DNA of 64,000 bases. It comes from Kondoa subrosea (Eukaryota). The notes under the pieces are model-generated. The model had not been told where the DNA came from and did not search any database. It saw only the letters and a program-made list of their open reading frames with translations. The stretch lies in contig BCIN01000001.1 in assembly GCA_039545335.1 (NCBI GenBank), positions 2,105,129-2,169,128 on the forward strand, read 5' to 3'. The position numbers and the translations under genes were made by a program. Of this stretch, positions 36,301 to 48,281 are shown piece after piece; position 1 is the stretch's first letter, and every line of letters begins with the position of its first letter.

Positions 36301-38289
36301 TTACTCCCATCCCCCTCGGAAGTCTGCTTCTCCCAATTTGGCTCTCTTCGCTTCAGGCGAAGGCCACTCGACAGTATTATCTGATACAGCCATTTGATTC
36401 CGACCAGGTGCTTCTGCTTCACTCATGACCGCATCTTCCCTTCCACGATGGATGATCATGATAGCTTCCAGTCCACTTGCGGTTCCCAAGACTGGCTGGA
36501 GATCCCAAAGTTCTTCCTCGTCGTCCAAGATGGCTTCAAGTAGTTTCTGGACCAAACCGCCGCAACTCTGGAAACGGAATAAGTGATGAGTGACACCGGA
36601 CGAGATTGTGTCACAGCGGACCTTCGAGATTACAGCTCTTGACCACATCTCGCGCATTGTGACTTCGCTTGTTCCCATCCGCTCGAGGACAATACCAAGT
36701 ATTTCCCGAATTTTCTCAGGCGACTGAGGTCGATTCGCGCATGGTAACACTGGGTGCTGATGAGTGTATTGCAGACGATGCTGAAGCTTTGCATCCGCTG
36801 TTATCGGACGTAGATCAGGTGAGTAGAACGGCAGTGCGGAAGGTAAAGGCGATCGTGGAGATCTTTCGTTCGTCTCTACTGCTTTGGCAGTGAATACTAC
36901 ACATTGAGAAGCGCATTGACCTGTCGGGTTAGGTGTGTTGGGCTTGAATGTTGATATATCGCCAACGCCAGAATATACGACATCGTAATCATAATCTTTG
37001 GCCAGATTGTCGCACCAATTCCTACAAACCCGTTGAAGTGGTTCTGCCTCAGATCTGGACAATAGCTCACCTAAATTCCGTTCCTGTCCATTCAAATTGG
37101 TGATCTGGCTCGCAGTCAGTAGTGCCGACGGCGGTAGAGACTGCAAGAAGCTACCTGAATGTCTGAAGATCCGATCTGTTCGCCCGGTAGGATCAGGATA
37201 ATAGTGCGAGTCCTGATCAGACTTTGGAAAGTGTTCCCGAAAGTCGCTGTAACAGCTAATTAGCACATTTCCCTTCAGGCGCCGAACACTTACTAATCTG
37301 GCGTGGTGATTATAGCTATCCGGGGACTGATTGAAACTTATTTCAGCGATAGTAGCCGCAGGTGTCGAACACGAACTGATATCTGCCAACTGCTCTTCAT
37401 ATCAGATATCGTTCGGTATGCTGACACAAATGACTTACGTATAACTCTACCAAACTTAGAAAGTACGCCGTCAGGCAAGTGCTCTACCACTCTGTCGCAA
37501 AAAAGCAAGTGCGAATATAAGCGAATATAAACAGACTGGTGAAGAGGCTTCTTGCTTACTCGGTAGCCAGGAAGCAGTCGTATCCCGCAAGGTTGCCATT
37601 GAAAACGTCCAGACTTTCTCGACATCTCAGCCTTGTTGACTCACATAATGAGCACAATTAGAAACAAACCTTCCGTGCCATAATTCTACCTTGAGAGATT
37701 CCCATCTCAAGACCTGTCGAGTCAAACCACTAATTTCCTCTTCTTCAGTTAAGGAAGGTAAAGCCGTTGGAGCTGTAGCAGCCTTTGCTTGGCCCAAAGC
37801 GGATGCATCAATATCTAAGCCAGCTATTCTTCTGAGGTGTAATTCCTGGTTTAGATCCTGATCTCGAGGCAAGCTAGCCAGTAGTGCATTAAGTTTTTCT
37901 AAGCGCGCAAGATAGGAGGGTGTATGCTTGAGAGGCGTAAGAGAAGTGGGTAGACCGTCCAAATGTGCAGCAGGTTGACAAAGCGCTTGATATGTATTGG
38001 ATCAGATTTGTGCATTGACCTATTTCAGAAGCTCACAGCTCAGAACTTGTCCTTCTCCACAGCCTGTATAGATTTATGAGGAACCGCTCTACTCAGGGAA
38101 AGAATTGAAGACACACCGATTTCAACAATAGAGTTTACGTTATTGTTCTTAAGCGTTTTGAGAATGAAAGCCTGTCCTTGCAAAGCTCAGATTAAGTCGA
38201 GTCTTTATAGCGGTAGAACTGACTCGGCGCTGGAGGAATAAAGGAGGAAAGAAGCTTGGGTTCTGCTCGCTCGAATCTTTAAAATTCAT
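36301..38289 (-). CDS. HEN1: Small RNA 2'-O-methyltransferase Hen1
   Basis: FFPPLFLQR (FxPP), VEIG|CGEG (SAM motif), IAGLDI, LWHGSLDVFN, FLATE|VVEHL, RIFRHS|DHKFEWT, ASQCVVF. Confidence 0.9.
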
Positions 38290-39304
38290 GCTAGAATATT
38301 GAACGGACAGGCAGCGTGATCGGACGGTAGACGCAGGAATACAAAGAGATTGAAAGAGAGACTATTCTATGAAGCCGAACAGCAGGGACAGACGGTGGTT
38401 ATGAATGAGGCTTAAATTTCACAATATGCGGGGTTACTGGCGACGTACAAGAGAATTTCCGAACATGCCCCCTGGAAGCTCGCGACAGTCCCACTGCTTC
38501 AGACTAGCTCATTTGGAGAGGTATAGAGGAAGAAAGCCGTTTCCCACCGTGCAATTCAGCTGACCCATGCAATCCGGCAAGCCGCTCGATTATCTAAGTA
38601 CTCTGCCGTGATTGCAGCGATATGCAGACTGGAGCTCATAACGACTCACTCATTTCACAGTACCATGTTAGGCAAGCAAAGCGACCTGAAAACTGACCAA
38701 TGATCTTGGCAAAGGCGCTTATTCGGATTTCCAGAATATAACAAAGTCAAACATATGCCAGTGCCATCCTCTCGATGTAAAGAGGCAGTCATGTATGCCA
38801 AAAGTGTGTAGACGCAAGAATGTAAGGCAAAAGAAGTCCATCTGAGTACTCCTGGGAATTATATGGACCGGGTGGTAGTTGTTGTGGCAGTGCACGATGT
38901 TATCGTCCAGCTTGAAGGAATGATCCAGATCTGACCACAGCAGAAGATGAATGCTGAAGTGTCGAGTCAATCTCAACCTTGTTTAAGGCTTTGTTGTGTA
39001 CATGAGCAGACGGGGAAAAGGAAGCAAGAAATTAGCTGTGTATTCTATCGGAGTAGGAGATCATGCAAAGAAGGAAGGATCTGAAGCATGAAGCACAGTT
39101 CAGAAGGGTTTGAAGTTCGATAGTTGCTCAGCCTCGCAGCATAGGAGAGCATTTCCGATACAGCAGTGACACAATAGCAGTGTGAGATCCAACCAGCATC
39201 CGGAGTAAGCAGTGTGGCCATGGTGTTACCAAGATAAGGAGCTGACAAGGTTCTCTGAAACCTCCGTCCGAGGCAAACCAAAAACCGTTCTTCTCAATAC
39301 AGCC

Positions 39305-40053
39305 ATGATACGACAATTTCACGCACTCTTGACGCTGGCATTCTGCCTTCTGATATCTCTGACGAGGGCGCAAGATACTTTGGTTAACGGGGAGTGAGCC
39401 ACTTGTTACATCTGCTCGGTGGAATGCGAGACTGAATGCATGTCAATAGCGGAAACACCGTCGTAGTGACTGCTACAGTCGACGCAGATGGGAATCGTTA
39501 GTTTTACGCAAACATGCCTCATGGCCAAGCAGAACTCAATGTTTCTCGCTCAGCTATTACTTCAACTATTTCCACAATCACAGCAGCCGCTGCAACCGGT
39601 CCAACAGGTCAACCCGGTGTAGCAGCAGCAAATCCTCTCATTACCTCGCTTTGCACAACAGTCGGTTGTCCGAGACCTCCAAGTCCGTTTTCGCGCTTTC
39701 GAAACATTAGAAGCTCGCTGAATGACAAATACAGCCACCTATGTCTCATATTTCACAGTTGGCGGCGTTCAACAATCGACCTTCTTGACTTTCGTAGCTG
39801 TATGTCCTTATTACGTCTTATTCAATCGATCATTCGTCGAGCTAAATGCTGAATCCAGACAACTCCCACCACTCCTGCTCCTTCTCCGGTTCCATCAGGA
39901 ACAAGAATGAACGCAAGTGCTTATTTGGCATCATTATCGCAGGCGGCAGCGACAGCTAGTGTTAAATCGTTTGCTGAAAGACCGACTTTTGGAGCGGAAC
40001 ATGTCGTCATAATGGGTGTATGCATGTTGCTCGGACTAGCGGTAGCGTTGTGA
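39305..40053 (+). CDS. Secreted Ser/Thr-rich, probably GPI-anchored cell-surface protein
   Basis: Signal peptide MIRQFHALLTLAFCLLISLTRAQ, TGPTGQPG, Thr/Pro-rich body, hydrophobic end VVIMGVCMLLGLAVAL*; 4 introns. Confidence 0.8.
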
Positions 40054-40121
40054 AGCATAGAGAATCAGCATCAAGGACAATTGAGTTTTGATATATGTAG
40101 TATTACGATTAATTAGAAATT

Positions 40122-41177
40122 TCATCTGTTGGAAGTTCCTCCAAATCCAGTGGAAGTCCTCATACTGCTACCCATAGGAGAAGAAGTTCCTTCTCCTCTA
40201 TCCCAATCATCCCTCATTCTCTGCGAGCCTCTTCTACCTAGCTGCGAAGATGGAGTATTGCTCGTTGCTCGGTTGTAGAGTGCTTGCGCTGCTAAACTTG
40301 CAGCTGATCCTGCAGCTAACCCAGTCCAGAGAGGTCCATTATCTTGACCTTGTGAAGATTTCCTATAAGGTGGTGGTGGTGGACCGTCGTTATCGTCGTA
40401 GCCTGCGGGCAGATCCGCTGCTCGTGCTCGATTAGGAGGGAAGAAGATTTGGTACAGAATATAGGCGAGAATGGAACCTATGATAATGTATGTAGGCCAA
40501 TTCGTTTTGTCGCTCTGCGAGTCTGCTGGAAAACAGGTCAACGGAGTCTCGTTGTGGGCAATGCACATACATGGTGCGCGGCGATCGGAGTAGAGGCTCG
40601 GATCATCTGATATCAGGTCGTACGAAAGGGCGCAAGAGCCTGCTCCAGATGTTAGTCACAGCCGAATAATCTTAGCATACAAGCGACCTTTCAGAATGTA
40701 TGGATCGGCTGCGTTATCCCATCCTCTGCCTCCTGTTAGCTGAAACAGTAGGCAAAGAAACATACGGACAGCTTACTCGCATCCTACAGACACTCTTCCC
40801 AAGCGAATGTGTTGAGGCAGGGAAGCTTCACACTAAGTGAGGAGCATGAGCTACGAATGAGCCAGAAGGAGGAAAGACGATACCCTCCAGTCAACGTCAT
40901 TGCCTTCTCCACCCATATTTGTGCACATCTGGTAAACATGAGCTACATCACTCTTCGTCTCAAGTAGAACTCACGATGACTTCCGGGGCATAGCGTTGGC
41001 AAGCTTTCCCTTTGCATTCGAGCTCTGCAGTAGCAATAAAACTTGAGCTTCCCAGTAACAGAGCAGCCGTTCAAGCTTACGAGGTAGAGCAGGTCCTCTT
41101 CTTCCTTTGACTGTTTCTCGATCGGCATAAAAGGTCAAGACAGGAATGCTCGACAATTTGATTCGTGAGCTACGCAT
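40122..41177 (-). CDS. SARAF: SARAF/TMEM66 (DUF1183)-like protein
   Basis: IKLSSIPVLTFY, RRGPALPQ, CEASLP, VSVGCE-GWD---DPYILKG-SCALSYDL, TM, PPPPPY, LWTGLAAG, RTSTGFGGTSNR*. Confidence 0.88.
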
Positions 41178-41460
41178 TTGCGTCACTGAAGCAGAAGAAG
41201 AAGGATAGCGACGAGAGGTCACTCGAATGAAGTTGAAAACACGTGGAATTACGTGTCAAAGTCCAAAAGGAACAGGTAGATAAGCTCGAAACAACTGATG
41301 CTGAGCATTGCAAGCTGTCCGATATCGAATTCGAACGTGTATCCGTAGTTCAGGCTAACCAGTTTCAGTTCATATATGAAAGTCGAACGCGTCTGTATTT
41401 GTACTATTTGTATTCTATAATATTCGTTTGTACACTTATTGCTTGCTGGCTTACTATGCC

Positions 41461-44400
41461 TTACTCTTTTTCTGTTGTTCCAAGAGCCAAAACATCGGCG
41501 ATTTTGTAGAATATATCGACTAAATGCTCATCAGCTGAGATACACACAGCATGAGTGGTACTTACTACTGTTGTACACTCCGCGGAACATTTCGCTGCCG
41601 GGACCCGTGGCATACACTGGAACGTCAGTCAGACTGTGCACACCTGTGCTTGACCTAATTCATAGAAGTAAGCGTAGAACTGATGGTATAAGTCATTAGC
41701 TTACGACACAGGTAAGTCCCCAGTAATGTTGTAACCATTAGGCTGATCGGCCGGGTTTGCGACGTAGCCGTCTGCAGTCCTGACGGCGGGAACTCGGGGA
41801 GAAGTGGTGTTTGTGACGCCAGCTGTAAGTTTCGTGAGCAAGACGAGATTGATTGCGAGATTGATTGCGCACCTTCATGGTGATCAACGGTGGCAGCCAA
41901 TCCTGCAGCCTAGTTAAGAGATATTAGAGGCCAAGTCGAAACCAACATAGTCTTGACCTACGATAGCATAGCGAGGATTCCACTCGACAGGGAAATTGAC
42001 ACCTTGATCACCAAACACAACTGTCATAGTATTAAGGCAAGAGTCCTGCGAATTGAGTCACCGCTTACCTGTCTGATTAGTTGGCAGGCTGCCTGCTCGA
42101 ACAGTATATCCAGAAAGGCCAGATTGCTCGTATGTGCCAATGGCGCCGCGCTTTTCGCGATCGGTGTCTTGAGCGGCGAGGTACTTGGTGTCAGTCGAGC
42201 CATAAACGTCAAAGCCGTGACCTGTGAGCCTTATTAGAGGCAGTCAGGAAGTTGTGAATGAAGTGCTTACCATGATCGGCCGTAACAACAACCAAAGTGT
42301 CCTCTAGTTCTCCGATTTCTTTCAGATGCTCGAAGGTCGCACGGACTGTGGAGTCGAGTTCGAGCAGTTCACCTAGCGCACGATGATACTGTGCAGATAT
42401 GAATCAAATCAAATGATTCAAGAAAAAATACAGATAAGGAGAGCTGACATCGAGAGTATGCATCTGCTTGTCAATGCTAGCTGCCTCGGACATGAGCTGG
42501 AAGCGAAACTTCTCAGCTAGGTGTTAAATCTAGAGCATTTATACTGACGAAGAATCCCTTGTTGCCGTTCTTCTTGGATTTCTTCGACAAGATGTCGATG
42601 GCTTTCAAGGTCATATCTTTAAGACCAGGTTGATCCAGAGCTGGTTCGCCGCTTCCAGTTGGGTCGTTCTTCAAAGGCAGTAGGGCTTCAGGGTAGACCT
42701 AAAGCACCGATATTCAGTGCGAGTATTGACAATACCCGGACAACCTACGTTGCGATCTAGCCAAGTGTTCATAGTGGAAACACTGAAGATGCCCAGAGTC
42801 TTCTGATCGTCTGATGCGGCATCTAATTGAGTTTTGTTATATACCACTTGATACCCTTGATTGGCAAAAGCTTGATAGTAATCTTCACCGTTCTTCGAGG
42901 ACAAGATCAGCCCAAGGTCCAGGTGATATCAGCTGATACGTACAGGTGAATCTTCACCAGGAATGAATTGCTCGGCTCCTCTACAATAGGTTCAGTACGC
43001 TGTTGGATTTTCTTTGAAAGACCGACACACCCTCCGAAAATGACTAGAAGAATATTCATATGTTAGCACCACCACGTATATGTGTACATATACAAGCTTA
43101 CCATCTGGCTGTTGGCATCCTTTACCGAACGGAATAGTAGATTTGTTGAGTGGTCCGTTCAGGTATTCGGAAACTATATCTGCATATTGCCCACGGTCGA
43201 CTGAATGCGCGCAAACTGCTGCAGGCGTGGCATCGGCAATATAGCTGAGGAAAGCATTTAGCATCGTGCACCAGACAAGGCAAGAATACTGACGCAGTCG
43301 ATACGATACCAACTAGCAGGTAATTCTCAGCATGTGCGAACAAGAGTCTAGATCGGATAGAGCTTGACTTACGTGCGCCACCAATCCTTCGTCTAAAGAT
43401 CTCTGCGATTGACTCAAACTTCGGATCGCTGTATTTGTCGGGGCTATTGCGTCTCGTAAGCATTAAGAGATCAGACTATAGAGAACGTTACTGACTTGCT
43501 GTCCTTGTACACATTGATTGCATTCACAGTGCTCTTGCGTCCAGTATAGAGTGCAGTCGCTGAATTTGCGGAGTCCGTGATGAAAGAGTCAACTATGCAA
43601 GGACATTAGACAAGCTCCTCTGAAGCAGCGGTTTCCGTACTGGAGTGAGTCATCTGAAGACCAAGAGCTTCCATTTGATCAAGCTGCATCAAGGATTGGT
43701 AGACGCCATTACTATTGGAATTTAGTGACAACAAAGCTTCAATGACTTTAGACATACATGGACTTATGAGCGAGCAATCTAGCAGCGGTGATCATACTCT
43801 GTGTCATGCCGTCACCAATGAAAAGGCTGATTGATAAGTCAGTACGGCAATCGTTCAATACTAGAAACGCTTTACATAACGTTTTTTGCCTTGCGTTCGG
43901 TGCACGGTTTCTTGACATCCCAATAAGCGATCGTCTCTGTTCCGTCGTAGTCTAGACATCAAGTCAGTCCGACGGTATCAAAAGCTTAACAAAGTCAACT
44001 GACATTGAAGCTTCGCAGTGTACTTGCCCGGAGTATAAAGAGCTAGCTGTCTGTATGCTTTTGAAGCAACGTTGACGATTGAAGGTGTTTCGGCTTGCTC
44101 TGCAAACAGATCCTCGTACCACTATTCCGCATCTGAGATTTTGGTCTCTGCTGGCAGGCAGCTACGTACGCTGAATTCCCACTCTTCAAGGCTAATGCAA
44201 AGCTCAACAAACTGCTGGAACTCCAAGAAATACAGTAAACTCACGGAGCACTCTTGACACCAAAGAAATCTTCAGCGCTCTTGAATTCTCCATCTTCATG
44301 CTTCAAGTAGAACTGAAAGTTCTTGTCGGGCACACCATTGCGATAAGCTTCGGAGCCATTGACCGGTGCGTGGACTTCAAGCCTGATATCAAAGTATCCT

Positions 44401-44628
44401 CCAGCAAGAAAAGAAGCTTGATCAGGAGCTGAAACAGACAATGAGCCAGAGATGACACTCTAAAGTGCTATGACAAACGAACTAGGACAAGCTGATGAGC
44501 AGATGGTAGAAACAATATCTTGTAAGCTTACAGATGCAACCAAGTTTGGGACATGTTCCCAGCCGCTGGAAAGTCTGCGCAGAAACAGCTGAAAAAATCG
44601 ACAGTGTAACTACAGCTAAAGACAGCAT
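41461..44628 (-). CDS. Secreted alkaline phosphatase with N-terminal extension, highly intron-rich
   Basis: Signal peptide MLSLAVVTLSIFSAVSAQ, LFIGDGM, ITDSANSATALYTG (catalytic Ser), EAASIDKQMH, VVVTADH, VHSLTDVPV. Confidence 0.92.
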
Positions 44629-45029
44629 GATTGACAATTGTTATAACTATGAGGTAGTGAGGGAAGGACAGGTCACAAGAGACTTATTGAAAGAGCTAGA
44701 TAGAGCTAGATAGACACGTTCGTTAATGCTTGGCTTGGCTTCATGAAAGGCAAACGTTGTGTCTTTAGGCAGGATTCCGCAATACAGCGGCGCGTGGGCT
44801 CGACGGGAAGTAGCAAAGCATGATGGCATCAATAAGAAAGGAAGAGAGACCCAGCGAGGCGTCGAGTAAAAGGCAACTTGCTGCAACTAGCAAGGACAGA
44901 GAGATCCGTCTGTGACAATGCGTCTGCATGCAAACTGATGCAATAAGGGAACAGCTAATCAGACAGGCAGATATCATCGATCAAAGCTAGATCCTTGTTG
45001 CTGCAAAAGACTCGCGCTCGACCCAAACC

Positions 45030-46256
45030 ATGAACTGCGTAAAAGTTGTGAGACTACCAGCGCCTCTAAGAGTATATCCATGCTGCTTCAGCACGTATAG
45101 CCGCAGACTGGCTACTGAAGCGACTTCTGAGCCGGCACCACCAGTCAATGAACCAGAAACAAGTAATGCTGCAGAAGCTGCTGTTTTACATGATCCGCCT
45201 ACAAATGAAAGGGCACGAGGGAAAGATCATCCTATGAACAGAGTAGCATGGTTGAAAGGCGAAGGCAGCAAGTATCGTCGACCGAATAGCAATCGCCCCA
45301 ATTGGCTAGGCTCAGTTGTGAGCTACATGCCTACAGTTCTCCGAGTTCAACAGCTCAATCAGATTGACAGCCTTTCCCTATGAACCCTAGCTTCAATCCT
45401 AAACCACCTTTATCGGAAAATACCAAAGATCGAATCTTTTCGCAATTCAAGCTCGAGCTCAAAAAGACAGCGAAAGGCTCAGAACAACAATCTGTAGCGT
45501 TAAGAGCGACTGCGCAAAGTTGTAGTGTATCAATGGAAAGAGCCACAGCTGTGATAAGGCTCAAAGTGCACGAAGAGGAAATGAAACGCAAGGTCGGTTT
45601 CCCTTTTCGCCAGACCATCTGAATTAGTATAGTAACACTCATGGGACAGGGCGTACCATTGCAAACAGAATTTCAGAAAGGAATGGAATCGATCTTGGGT
45701 TGCAATCGCTACGATCTGAAGCCGTCCAGCAGCAAACGATTAAACAACAGCAGATCCGACTCAGCAGAAGCAGATCTCAATAGTACAATAGGAAGAGCGA
45801 CGGAAAGTCCAGAGGGCAATCTTCCAATTTATGCCAACCAGCGGCAACTGTTTGACTTCATTGATGAAGAGAATGTTAGTCGTACCCTCAATGTCACAAT
45901 AATCTTGCTAATGTGTGCTACTAGGGAGAGCTATCGATACTAGCAGAAGCGCAAGCAGCACGTCAAGCTTCCTCATCCAGTCCTACCGGCAAAGGTACCG
46001 TCAAGCGTATAACAACCAACCCAGCTAAACCGAATCGACCTCCCTTGGTCGTCCAAGATGTTCAAGGTACTTCAATAGCCCGGGCTTGGGAAAGAACAAA
46101 CACGAACAAGAGTGCCAGTGAGAGGGTGAAGGCGGAGAGACGAGCGAAAAGAGTAAGAGAGATTGAGGAGAACAAGTAAGTCCACGTCTGTACGGATGCA
46201 CACTCTCTGACTATATCTTCTCAAGGTCTGCGTGGTCCAATTATACGCATCATTAA
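45030..46256 (+). CDS. MRPS35: Mitochondrial ribosomal protein mS45 (Mrps35/Bot1 family)
   Basis: Presequence, RPNWLG, PFPMNPSFNPKPPLSE, VSMERATAVIRLK, LQTEFQKGMESILG. Stop at 46256 if the last intron (46176-46225) is spliced, else 46179. Confidence 0.82.
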
Positions 46257-46728
46257 TCTGGCATTTTGCCCATTCATTCTCATGACTGCTCTGGTCTACC
46301 ACGACAATACTTTGACTGGAAACCAGATATTAACATGGTTCTGAAGTGCACGCAAAGCGAGAGAGTAAATGACGTCGGTGCCCGATGTTACTAGATGAAG
46401 CGCTTCATGCGACGGTCGATGCACTTTCCCGTCGAAAGATCGTAAACTAGATGCCTGATCAACTATGCTAGTCGTGAATGGGCCAAAGGACACGTACTTC
46501 ATTCTTGCGGCGCAAGATGAAGCAAGTGATCAATCTCTGTCGACGTATCGAGATGATCAAGACAGGTGACTAAGAAAGAGCTGAACTTTGCTTGACAAGC
46601 TAGATTGCATGGTAGTACACTGTGCACAGTATCCCTTGTCCTTTCCTTCCCTTCTTTCTGTTCTGTGGGGTTGTACATATCTCTTTTCTTCCACTCAACA
46701 TCCTCGAACTTGAATGCTTGTGCTTAGT

Positions 46729-47964
46729 TTACTCCAGACCAAACCACCGTTTCATAGCTTTCCAGGTAGTGAAGCTCAAAGCAGTCCTGTGAACACATTA
46801 GTCAGTATTTTGCTGCTGGATGGCATCGGGAGGAACTCACATCGGCACGATCTTAACATAACCAACGCTCAAACCAACAAAGAACCCTCTCCAGCCATTT
46901 AGCTTCAATATACTTTTCACAGTCCCACTAAGACCCAACCATTGATCCGGATGTGTCAAACCACCAACTTGCATCCTTCTTCGGATTACTTCAAAAGGAT
47001 AAGAAGCAGTTTGAGACATTGCACCAGCTACAGCTCCACAACCTAAATCCAAAATAGTTCGATATGATTCCCTCTCTTCTTCAGATAGGAATGATGTATT
47101 GCGGAAATAAGATTGCAAGTTGCCAAAGACAAGGAAAGAGGTTCCGGCATACGGGATCATCCCAAGCATGGATACGGAATAACCACGATAGAATTTGAGA
47201 ATTGGAAAGCGTTGAAAGATGGTTGTTGTTGACGCAGGATTAGGTTGACCTTCGGTGTAGATTTTGCGGAAAGTGGTAAAAACGGACACTCGTTCTGTCA
47301 TTGAATGCCGAATCTCAAAAGCCAAGCGGACTCGGATAAGTTCTAATGGGTAGGTAAAGAAGACTGAAGTGATTCCTGCTAATGAACCAGCTGTGTAGAG
47401 TCGCAGAGAAGTTTCATCCGCTGCCGTTGGCATAAGTGCCTGCAAACAAGTTTAGCGCGAGAGGCATGTCCAGAGCGAGATGGAATACGTTGTGATAGAA
47501 ATCATATGCCATGAATTTGATACCAGCATAGGGAAATATTCGAAGCAGTGTGACAGAATGACCTTGTAGTAAGCCTCTGACGCCAGTCTCATTGTATATC
47601 TGTCGGATAGTCACGACCGCGTCAGCTCTTCAGAGCGTCCTTGCGGCCGGTATGACCGACCTGAGCTGTAGCACGAAAAGCACCTGATAGCGATCCCGAA
47701 TACTTTTGATATTCACTCTGCTGAGTCTGAAGCAGGATCTTGACTCTGTCCAGAGGAGCCACACCTTTGACAGACATTAAAGAACGGTCTAGCGTCGGAT
47801 TGTTCAAAAGGATCCACACCAGTCTTTGCTACTGATCCAGCTATTCCACCAGCAATGCCTGAAAGCAGTACATCCTTTAGCGGCTGATCCCTGCTTTTCC
47901 TCCTGTGCTTGACTGCAGTTTGCTTTGATGCATCATCACGAATACCAGCAGCTGTTTTGTGCAT
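46729..47964 (-). CDS. LEU5: Mitochondrial carrier, CoA transporter (Leu5/SLC25A16-like)
   Basis: [73 protein letters not shown]; three PxD/ExxK/R motifs. Confidence 0.9.
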
Positions 47965-48281
47965 TCGACATGAGAAACTGCAATACCAAACTTGACTACC
48001 GGGGAAACAAAACAGGTAGGAGGGTTATAACGAGATAGACGAATACGTCTCCAGGCGTCAAATTTTGTAAGAGGTTCGCTGATTGAATCGTTCAAGATCA
48101 AGCTTCGACGAGAAATGTTGGCTGCAGCCTCTTCTCGAAACAGTCTCTTTGTACTGTCGAAATAAGTCAAGATACCCTGAGCTAACAACTGCTTTGGAAA
48201 TATCTTGCCGCTGTAGCTGAAGGTAGAAGCTAACATTGATCGAGCTCATTCACAAATCGCTCGAACGAGGATAATCGCAAG

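Noticed and set aside
38290..39304. Possible hidden gene in the 1-kb HEN1/GPI-gene gap (ORFs 38719-38976, 39045-39281)
   Set aside because: I could not build a consistent spliced frame on either strand.
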